This document shows, one piece after another, positions 26,133-32,851 of a stretch of 32,851 nt of DNA. Each line of letters begins with the position of its first letter. The stretch's first letter is position 1. The notes below the pieces were generated by a model that was given only the letters and a program-made list of their open reading frames with translations, was not told the origin of the DNA and did not search any database. Source of the stretch: a virus (lineage: Duplodnaviria > Caudoviricetes); the IMG/VR virus record IMGVR_UViG_3300005805_000271, positions 1-32,851 of that record; one strand, 5' to 3'. The position numbers were made by a program, and so were the translations under genes.

Positions 26133-27337
26133 CGGTATTGTGAGTTAATTTGGTACGCCAAATCAATATCCAATTCTAAGTTAAAGGTCTTGTCTGCAAA
26201 GCGTTTCTTTTCGCTCCAATTAGCAGTAGAAATATTTACAGGCACAAATTGTGCATTGCGCTCTAAATAAACTTCGGGCGATGCAATCATTTCTTTTAGC
26301 CAGTTGTAATCCGTAAAGTTGACCCAGTCGCTAATCAACTTATAGGTTAACTTTTGTTGTGTGTTAAAAGGGATAGTTCCACCATAGAGCCTTCCGTAAG
26401 AATCGACCATATCCATTGCGGTTGTGGCTGATTCGTATTCGTATTGTAAGCGTTGAAATGATTTGCGCTCTACGTTACGAGATTGCCTATTGACTGCGGT
26501 AAAGTGGAATGTTTCGTAGCCACCAGCAGCGTTAAGAAAATGCAAAGGGATAACATCGTATTGCGTACACGACAATGTAACTCGAATAGTATCTTTTATC
26601 GCGCCAGCAATTTTCAGTTGCACATCATAATACCGAGTGTTTGCGGTTATGATTGTGCTTCCTAAGTAGGTATTGATTGCACGAGGCGAAATATCTACTA
26701 ATGCATAATCTTTCCATGTTAGCGTTGCTCCATTATATGAAAAAGCAGAACTTTGATTTGTTACAAGAATATCAAACGAGATATTTTTTGTCGTGTTTTC
26801 TGCATCGCTTAAAACAGAGGTGTAAAGTGTTCCCGTAGTCAATAGCGAGGTAGGAAATTGAACTTGCGCCTTATCTCTATTAGTTAGGTAAAAGCCTGCA
26901 TAGTTAGTCGCATATGCTTGCGGTGTTAAATACGCTGCGCTATTTGGATTGTATAAATAATCCATTATGTAGTTGTAGGCTCTGCGTGTTGATGTAGCCA
27001 AGTTTGTATATGTGGTAGCATCGTACTCTTCCCCGAACTTTATTTCATAATCAACATAAATATCGCTTCCAGAATAAGGTATAGCACTATATGTCGAAAT
27101 GTTGGGTTTAAAATAAGAGTTCCAATAATTACGGATTATCGGTGCTACGTTGAAGATACCTTTTGTGGAACTTGGCTGCGGAAATGATTTGAGCCTTGTT
27201 ACTAAGTTACCATCGACATAAATATCGCAAACGTATTTGAAATTGGTTTGCCCTGTATTTGTTGATGTCACGACAAAGTAAAGCGCGCTATGCAGCGAAC
27301 TATACAATGCAGGTGTACTATTGATTGTTATTGCCAT
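26129..27337 (-). CDS. tail structural protein (distal-tail-like)
   Basis: 402 aa, beta-rich; FLNAAGGYETF.F and L.EMIASPEVY. Confidence 0.65.
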   Translation of the reverse strand: MAITINSTPALYSSLHSALYFVVTSTNTGQTNFKYVCDIYVDGNLVTRLKSFPQPSSTKGIFNVAPIIRNYWNSYFKPNISTYSAIPYSGSDIYVDYEIKFGEEYDATTYTNLATSTRRAYNYIMDYLYNPNSAAYLTPQAYATNYAGFYLTNRDKAQVQFPTSLLTTGTLYTSVLSDAENTTKNISFDILVTNQSSAFSYNGATLTWKDYALVDISPRAINTYLGSTIITANTRYYDVQLKIAGAIKDTIRVTLSCTQYDVIPLHFLNAAGGYETFHFTAVNRQSRNVERKSFQRLQYEYESATTAMDMVDSYGRLYGGTIPFNTQQKLTYKLISDWVNFTDYNWLKEMIASPEVYLERNAQFVPVNISTANWSEKKRFADKTFNLELDIDLAYQINSQYR

Positions 27338-27989
27338 TTTGCTTAATTAAAATCTTTATATCTTGTCCTACTATTTTACTTACTGCGGTTGCGAAGTCAG
27401 CACCAAAAATATTGTCTACCGCGTTATCGAAGAATCCTGTTTTTCTCAATCCCTTCTTTTTGATTCCCACCGCTACGGCATATGCCAAACTCTTTTGGTT
27501 CGTTGCCGCACTTGCCATCTTAGATAGCGATTGCCTCTTTGCTTGACGCTTAGTGATTGCGACATCGCCCTGAACATTGTTTCTTTTTATCCATGAAAAG
27601 ATATTGTCTTGGAACTTTCGACTTACGCCTAAGTTCTTGAACGAATACGGAGAATTAGGTGTTTTTGACTTAACTCCACGAACCCCTTTGTTTACGAAGT
27701 CGTAGTATTTAGCCGCTGCCGAGTTAGCGGGATATCCCAATGAAATAGAATATGTGCCGCCTTGTTTTGTTAATTCCCCTTGGCTAATATCGTCACTCAA
27801 GGCACCAGTATCGCTGATTCCTAATACCTCGATGTTTTGTTTTACCCTTTCGATAAAGTTGGCAGCCGAGCGAATAAGCAATTGCTCCGTTAAGGTCAGT
27901 TTGGATAAATCTTCCCTTTGCGCGCCTAACCTATCGAGCAAGCCTTCGTCTAAAAGTTCAGCCTGTAATTGTTTAATACTTTTTGCCAT
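27318..27989 (-). CDS. neck/tail-completion protein (HK97 gp10-like)
   Basis: DTGALSDDI, YYDFVNKGV, AVGIKKKGL..T.FF. Confidence 0.65.
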   Translation of the reverse strand: MAKSIKQLQAELLDEGLLDRLGAQREDLSKLTLTEQLLIRSAANFIERVKQNIEVLGISDTGALSDDISQGELTKQGGTYSISLGYPANSAAAKYYDFVNKGVRGVKSKTPNSPYSFKNLGVSRKFQDNIFSWIKRNNVQGDVAITKRQAKRQSLSKMASAATNQKSLAYAVAVGIKKKGLRKTGFFDNAVDNIFGADFATAVSKIVGQDIKILIKQNGNNNQ

Positions 27990-28254
27990 AGGCTTTTTTT
28001 AATTGCTCGGCTTCGTATTCGCCTTTCGCCTTGAGGTAAGCAAGGTCATTAAGGTATTGAAGGGTAGGGATTTCATATGCTTGCTCCAACGTGATTTTTT
28101 CGAGTGTAGCAACCAACTCGGTCTGGTATATCCATCCATAGTATCGCATAAAGTTTGATACACCGCCTCTGCCTGATAGCGCGTCATCTTCTTCGTCATC
28201 TCGTGTATCAAATAATCCTTCGAACTCTTTATCCAGTTTTTGTATACTTGATAA
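27973..28254 (-). CDS. -1 frameshift extension of the tail assembly chaperone (gpT-like segment)
   Basis: Open frame entered at the T9 slippery run: FF/LSSIQKLDKEFEGLF...FMRYYGW...YLNDLAYLKAK; overlaps the start of the next gene. Confidence 0.7.
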   Translation of the reverse strand, partial: LSSIQKLDKEFEGLFDTRDDEEDDALSGRGGVSNFMRYYGWIYQTELVATLEKITLEQAYEIPTLQYLNDLAYLKAKGEYEAEQLKKAYGKKY

Positions 28255-28733
28255 AAAAAAACCACGCTTCCAAGAATTGCGGTGATAGGTGCTTCGAGCA
28301 TATCCTGCGCGTACTGCTCGTGCTTGCTGGCATCGTACTTGTCTACCTTCCACCCTAACAATGTTTTCTTCATCGGCATAACCATACACGCTGCAATCTT
28401 GTGTAAGTTGCCGTTTACGTCTTGCCCGAAATGCTTTGTTTCGATATAACGCGCTGCGGGTATCTTACGCACGTCATAAATGCACTTATACCTTCTGCCG
28501 TTTATCTTAATGTACTTTTGTGGCTCGGGTTTAATCTCCTCGTGGATGAAGCTAATCGATTGTATCAAAGGGTTTAAATCTTCAATCGGTAGGCTATCGA
28601 TTTCATTTTCAGTCATACGCGTACAAATCGCGGCTGATTGAATTGCGATATCTAATTCGTTTAACTCCTTAGATTTTAGAAACAACTCATTGAGTTGCTG
28701 CCATTGGAATACGTTTATGTCTTTCCACGTCAT
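27999..28733 (-). CDS. tail assembly chaperone (gpG-like)
   Basis: W.DINV.QWQ.L, YIETKHF, LHKIAACM; slippery GTG GTT TTT TTT TAT at 28265-28251. Confidence 0.7.
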   Translation of the reverse strand: MTWKDINVFQWQQLNELFLKSKELNELDIAIQSAAICTRMTENEIDSLPIEDLNPLIQSISFIHEEIKPEPQKYIKINGRRYKCIYDVRKIPAARYIETKHFGQDVNGNLHKIAACMVMPMKKTLLGWKVDKYDASKHEQYAQDMLEAPITAILGSVVFFYQVYKNWIKSSKDYLIHEMTKKMTRYQAEAVYQTLCDTMDGYTRPSWLLHSKKSRWSKHMKSLPFNTLMTLLTSRRKANTKPSN

Positions 28734-28832
28734 ACCTATAAATAGATTTTGTTTTGAAATTGTCTTTGAATTGTATGAAAAGGAAATAAGTCAAAATATC
28801 CCCTTTTTGAGTTGTAAAGCAATCCTTGACAA

Positions 28833-29984
28833 CTATGCAAACGAATATTTGCCTTGCCCTGTATTTCGGGTGTAATGATGCCACGCTAACGCCAATGCCA
28901 TCACGCAGTCGTCGTGGAAGCCTTGCGGTGCTGAATAGCGAACCCCAGTTGCGGTGTATTGATACTCAAATATTTCGAGTTCTTCCGTGATATGCCCTTG
29001 CGGAAAGGTTATCTTTCTTTGTTGTATCGCAGAGGCGAGACCTTCCATCAATTGCTGCTTTGAGGTCGATGTGAACTTAAACCCGCTGACAGGTAACCCC
29101 TCGCGCTGCAAATCTTCGAATATCGGGTCCCCCGCACCTGTTGAATCAATCAATGCTGGCACTTTGGGTAGGTTGCCGATAACTTGCTTTGTCTGCCGCC
29201 AATCCTTTTGAAACCTATCGAAATAACACACCGAGCCGTTTTTATCCAACCCGATAATCACGGTATGGTCGACCGACTTCGCTAAATCGATACCAAACGC
29301 AATAGGAGGCTCATGGCTGACCTCAAACGTGCATTGCTTGATATAGGCACTACCGAACGGATTAGAGGCGTTTTCGGCAGGATTTGCCATATACTCCTGT
29401 TCGAACACGACTTCGGGTAGCTGAAGCCTTGCATCGTCTATCTCGGTTTTATCGATATGAGGATTGTCGTAGGTGGTGAACTTGAAAGATTGCCAATCGG
29501 GTTCGCCACTTTTAAGGAATAGGGAATAAAAGAAGTTCTTGCCCTTGGGTGTGGAGATGAATAACGCACGCCCTTTGTAGTCGGTTAAGGTAGGGCGAAT
29601 AGAGTTTAGCCAGCCGTTTTCTAAATCAGGGATGAATGAGGCTTCGTCAATAACTCCAAAGTGAAATTTCCTACCTCGAAGGTTATCTAAGCGTTCGCCA
29701 GTAAAAAAGTAAACCGCTCCGCCATTGGGGAACTTGATAGATAGTTCAGATTTGTTGGCTTCGAAAGGAACGGCTTTCGCTAATTGGTCAAAAAACACTC
29801 GCGCCAAATTATAGGTAGGTGTAACGTAAAATACTTGCTGCCCTTGTAAAGCGTTGACAATGATTTCTATTTGTGAAAGTTCTGACTTGCCGAAGCGTCT
29901 GCCAGCCATTACAACGCGAAACCTTGATGAACTATCAAGGATTACTTGTTGGTTGATATGTGGCTGAGGCAATTCTATTCTCAT
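28833..29984 (-). CDS. terL: terminase large subunit
   Basis: Walker A AGRRFGKS, Walker B GVIDEA, STPKG, nuclease GIDLA...D and HDDCVMALALA. Confidence 0.96.
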   Translation of the reverse strand: MRIELPQPHINQQVILDSSSRFRVVMAGRRFGKSELSQIEIIVNALQGQQVFYVTPTYNLARVFFDQLAKAVPFEANKSELSIKFPNGGAVYFFTGERLDNLRGRKFHFGVIDEASFIPDLENGWLNSIRPTLTDYKGRALFISTPKGKNFFYSLFLKSGEPDWQSFKFTTYDNPHIDKTEIDDARLQLPEVVFEQEYMANPAENASNPFGSAYIKQCTFEVSHEPPIAFGIDLAKSVDHTVIIGLDKNGSVCYFDRFQKDWRQTKQVIGNLPKVPALIDSTGAGDPIFEDLQREGLPVSGFKFTSTSKQQLMEGLASAIQQRKITFPQGHITEELEIFEYQYTATGVRYSAPQGFHDDCVMALALAWHHYTRNTGQGKYSFA

Positions 29985-30011
29985 TACATAAATTATCTAT
30001 GTATTTATTTT

Positions 30012-30266
30012 CTACCATCCCCTTTCTATATTCCATTTGATATCATTCTTATATCTATTGAATCCACACAATGGGTCATCATCTTGTCTTTCACATTTCC
30101 ATCCACGAATCCATACCGATAGTATTCTATTATTTTTAAGCAACTGCTCTCCGATTTTCTTCGCAGTTTTTTCTGTCTTCGCTACCTTTTTTATGATTGT
30201 GTCTCCAGATGTTTGACATCCATCTGTATCAACAATTAGTTCAGCGGCTTCAATTTCGTAATACAT
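30012..30266 (-). CDS. moron-like hypothetical protein
   Basis: 84 aa, AT-rich, has its own promoter, sits between terS and terL. Confidence 0.7.
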   Translation of the reverse strand: MYYEIEAAELIVDTDGCQTSGDTIIKKVAKTEKTAKKIGEQLLKNNRILSVWIRGWKCERQDDDPLCGFNRYKNDIKWNIERGW

Positions 30267-30284
30267 TTTAGTATTAAATTTAAT

Positions 30285-30315
30285 TAAAGATACGAAATAT
30301 TTTTGAAACTACAAA
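30285..30315 (-). promoter_or_regulatory. Bacteroidota sigma70-type promoter
   Basis: TTTG (30315-30312), 19 nt, TATCTTTA (30292-30285); consensus is TTTG-N19-21-TAnnTTTG. Confidence 0.65.
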
Positions 30316-30364
30316 ATTTATTTTTTTATTGATTGTATTTTTTTGACAAAATTATCTCCTTTTT

Positions 30365-30785
30365 AGATACACCCCGTCTATATCCAAGGAAGTAGGGTAA
30401 ATCAAAGTTATACCAAACTAACTCAAAATATAAAGGCTTTTTTATTTTGCAACTGCCTTTATCACTCAATTCCCATTCCTTGCCACCGCATCCCTACGGG
30501 TTTATCTGGCTTTAACCTTTAACTTCCTTGTCAAGAGTTGTCACGGGTTAGACATTGCTCTCACTTTTTGCCAACGTACTCGAATGAACTGAAACGTTTT
30601 ATTTATCAAAGTTGCTTTTGATTGGTTTTAAAACGTGGGAAAAACCTATTTAATATAAATAGCATTTTATTAAAATTTGTGCATACTAATCAAAAAAAAG
30701 TTTGCAGGGTGTTTTGGCGACAAGGAAGAGTGCCATTGCTCGCATTGCAACTTAGCCCCCTGCGGATATTATCCAGAGCAATATC
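30365..30785 (-). ncRNA. candidate structured non-coding element between terS and the moron gene
   Basis: Several nested inverted repeats (see findings); no credible ORF. Confidence 0.4.
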
Positions 30786-31148
30786 TTATAGTATCGTTTT
30801 CCCATTTACAAACACAACCTCAATCCTTGAATCGGTGCTAACTTGTTGAACCTCTTTCGGTTTTCCATACACACGGGTAAGTAATGTTTCTACCGAATAC
30901 AAGCTACCTTTCTCTAAACTTTTACGCATAGCGTTGGCGATTGTCTTTTCTAATATCGTTGCCTTGGGGTTATCCCAAACTTCTTTTAATTCATCCACCC
31001 CCATCTGAAGCATAACTTGGATAGTATCGTTTATTTCACTTAACTTGTAGCCTTGCTCTCTAAGCAGCGTTACATACTTCTTAGGTCTGCCGTTGGGGTT
31101 TGCCACTTCCCCTTTCTTAAAGGGTTTTAAATTTTGTTCGTTTGCCAT
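30786..31148 (-). CDS. terS: terminase small subunit
   Basis: NLKPFKKGEVANPNGRPKK N-terminus, LLTRVYGKP; upstream of terL. Confidence 0.8.
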   Translation of the reverse strand: MANEQNLKPFKKGEVANPNGRPKKYVTLLREQGYKLSEINDTIQVMLQMGVDELKEVWDNPKATILEKTIANAMRKSLEKGSLYSVETLLTRVYGKPKEVQQVSTDSRIEVVFVNGKTIL

Positions 31149-31155
31149 TTTCTCT

Positions 31156-31608
31156 CTATTTGCTCACTATTTCCGTGCCACAATTAGGGCATTTGTTTGC
31201 CTCTGTCTTTGTATTATCTTTTTGTTTAATATCTTCTTCTTCTAAGCCTGCAATATCTAATCCCCACTCTTGTAATTGTTCACTATCCCAATTATTAGCA
31301 AGGTCGTTCCAATCCCATTCTCCAAAGCCTACGTTATCCTTAATGATAAATTCCTTTTGTTGTTCTTCGGTAAGGTTTGAGGCTTTTATTATAGGTATTT
31401 CTTTTAATCCCGCTTCTAAGCACGCTTTAAGACGCATATTGCCACCCAAAACAATCATATCGTCATTGACTACGATAGGTCTTATTTCAAGCATCTGCGG
31501 GAACTCTTGGATTGACTTAACAAGTTTTTGGAACTTGTCATCCTTGATAATTCTCGGATTGTTAGGGTTTGTTCGAACCTTGTTTATGTTTACTATTTCC
31601 GCTTTCAT
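31156..31608 (-). CDS. ParB/Srx N-terminal-domain protein with C-terminal CPNCG
   Basis: NPNNPR.I, RPIVV, LGGNMRLKA, FIIKDNVGFGEWD. Confidence 0.85.
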   Translation of the reverse strand: MKAEIVNINKVRTNPNNPRIIKDDKFQKLVKSIQEFPQMLEIRPIVVNDDMIVLGGNMRLKACLEAGLKEIPIIKASNLTEEQQKEFIIKDNVGFGEWDWNDLANNWDSEQLQEWGLDIAGLEEEDIKQKDNTKTEANKCPNCGTEIVSK

Positions 31609-32228
31609 CGTATTACGTAGTTATTGGTAGCTTGATATTTTCCTGTTTCTTGCGCCCATAGTTTATCGCACTTCATTAAGCCTTCATCTTTCATCCTTCT
31701 ATATGGGGTGTCTTGCCCTACATCGTGACCGATATGCTCTGCCGTTAATCCACCTAAGTAATAATTTAAATGCCCTGTTTGTTGTAATCTAAAAGAATAA
31801 TCTCTATCCTGCATTCCGTAAGGGTCGTACACCTCGTTGAACTTTCCTATTGTTTCAATTGCTTTCATCGGTATTAATACATTTCCGAATACCGCATCGG
31901 CTTTGTGAATAGGAATCCCATCTACATAGGTTCTTTCTCCGAGACCTTCTACGCAATGAATACCACACATTCCTGTATTTGGGATTGTCAGCATAGCCTC
32001 TACCATCCGTTGCAGCCAATTTTCAGGCATTAAGATATCGTTTGCCATCGTTACAATAGCGTCGTATTGATAGCTTCTACTTATTCCGTAATTGATGGCG
32101 CGAGAGATTCCTTTCATTTCTACCTCGATAAAGTCAAAATGAAACCCCGCATTTGAAAAGTTAACATTCTTTACCCTTTGGGTATGTTCTTTTCTTTCGT
32201 AATTTAATAAGATTACATTAACGAGCAT
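31605..32228 (-). CDS. GT-A fold glycosyltransferase (GT2-like)
   Basis: GISRAINYG, ANDI (degenerate DxD), IGKFNEVY..YGMQDRDYSFRL. Confidence 0.8.
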   Translation of the reverse strand: MLVNVILLNYERKEHTQRVKNVNFSNAGFHFDFIEVEMKGISRAINYGISRSYQYDAIVTMANDILMPENWLQRMVEAMLTIPNTGMCGIHCVEGLGERTYVDGIPIHKADAVFGNVLIPMKAIETIGKFNEVYDPYGMQDRDYSFRLQQTGHLNYYLGGLTAEHIGHDVGQDTPYRRMKDEGLMKCDKLWAQETGKYQATNNYVIR

Positions 32229-32694
32229 TGCTTCCGATTTCTTTTACAGGTACGCCAGCGTATTTATAGTATGGTTGTAAAATAGATTTCTTGCCCACAA
32301 AGGCAGAAGCACCAATCATACACCCTTCTGGTATTCTTATCTTTTGATGCAGCACCGCGTTCAAACCAATGTTGCAATTCTTTTCTATAATAGTATGACC
32401 ACCGACTTTTGCGCCACAACTAAGCGTAACATTCTCCGCTAAGATGGCGTCATGGCCTACGTGCGCCCCTTTCATCAGGTAACAATCTTTCCCGATTATG
32501 GTTCTTTTATTTGTTCCACTATCAACTGTTACCAATCCTGTTAATCTTGCCCCGCCCATTATCGTCACTAACCCCTCGCAATGTTCGTATCCTTTCCACT
32601 CTGCTGGTGCGCCAATAATACAATACGGCCCGATGTAAACACTTGGCTCAATGATTACATTCGGGTAAATGATTGCGGTAGGATGGATATACAT
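32218..32694 (-). CDS. LpxA-like left-handed beta-helix acyltransferase (minimal, 158 aa)
   Basis: IHPTAII, IGPYCIIG, HVGHD, GGH and LHQ hexapeptide-repeat motifs. Confidence 0.85.
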   Translation of the reverse strand: MYIHPTAIIYPNVIIEPSVYIGPYCIIGAPAEWKGYEHCEGLVTIMGGARLTGLVTVDSGTNKRTIIGKDCYLMKGAHVGHDAILAENVTLSCGAKVGGHTIIEKNCNIGLNAVLHQKIRIPEGCMIGASAFVGKKSILQPYYKYAGVPVKEIGSNAR

Positions 32695-32851
32695 TAGTTC
32701 ATTAGTTTTAGGTAATCAATCTCAATGTCTGCCCTGTCCTCGATAATTTCTCTCCTTTCGATTGTGTTTATTATGCTTCTTATGAGCCTTTCCTTTTCTT
32801 CGCTTTCCAAATGTTTGCTTTCCAATAGTTCCAGATTTAGCCATAACTCAA
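32694..32851 (-). CDS. 54-aa acidic ORF spanning the circular junction (starts at 106; MVVELWLNLELLESKHLESEEKERLIRSIINTIERREIIEDRADIEIDYLKLMN)
   Basis: Hand-translated across the terminal repeat; TAATG coupling to the acyltransferase and overlap with the upstream gene. Confidence 0.5.
   Translation of the reverse strand, partial: ELWLNLELLESKHLESEEKERLIRSIINTIERREIIEDRADIEIDYLKLMN
32722..32844 (-). CDS. 40-aa highly basic peptide (MAKSGTIGKQTFGKRRKGKAHKKHNKHNRKERNYRGQGRH)
   Basis: Hand-translated; K/R/H-rich, ending YRGQGR, a pattern I recall from small phage basic proteins. Confidence 0.6.
   Translation of the reverse strand: MAKSGTIGKQTFGKRRKGKAHKKHNKHNRKERNYRGQGRH
32753..32851. repeat. 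99-bp direct terminal repeat (copy 2)
   Basis: Identical to 1-99. Confidence 0.97.

Noticed and set aside
28255-28389. Independent start for ORF 27973..28389
   Set aside because: The residues before the T-run look non-protein-like and overlap the chaperone core; entry by frameshift is more plausible.
28687-28884. Short ORFs on both strands across the terL-chaperone gap
   Set aside because: They overlap both neighbours, lack motifs and span the promoter motif; likely spurious.
30345-30670. Group I intron (CAATGTCTA and GATATAGAC resemble R/S elements)
   Set aside because: P4/P6 elements are unconvincing and no flanking gene is split; terS and terL look intact.
30622-30849. Plus-strand 75-aa ORF in the terS gap
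   Set aside because: TTG start, antisense overlap with terS, runs through hairpins, no protein-like features.
31156-31608. Plasmid-prophage partition system
   Set aside because: I saw no ParA or parS array and no HTH domain; ParB-N-only genes next to terS are common in phages.
32753-32851. Biological direct terminal repeat
   Set aside because: It is 99 bp, a common assembler k-mer length, and falls mid-ORF; best explained as circular assembly overlap.

Overview
The window is a complete, circularly permuted ~32,752-bp genome of a tailed dsDNA phage (siphovirus-like); bases 1-99 repeat exactly at 32753-32851. The host is probably Bacteroidota, inferred from A-rich starts without Shine-Dalgarno motifs and a TTTG-N19-TAnnTTT promoter. 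A short + strand early arm (2547-7433) carries small membrane peptides, an ERF recombinase, a tRNA-like element, SSB, NinG, a replication initiator and a lipoprotein. The long - strand arm runs: sigma-like factor, glycosyl/acyl-transferase cluster, ParB-like, terS, ~520-bp structured non-coding gap plus a moron gene, terL, frameshifted tail chaperone, tail tip, tape measure, protease, scaffold, capsid, tail tube, portal with MuF-like extension, adaptor, modular tail fibre, lysis cassette, HNH, exonuclease and a nonsense-interrupted second HNH. I recognised no integrase, repressor or polymerase. The most notable signals are: a repeat/variable-cassette array inside the tail fibre with nucleotide-identical junctions; a tRNA-like RNA with a GNRA tetraloop in place of an anticodon loop; a large structured non-coding element between terS and terL; a recurrent CTATTTA late-promoter candidate; a minimal LpxA-like acyltransferase with two glycosyltransferases; and two dual-coding regions. 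All product calls come from motifs recognised by eye; no searches were run.
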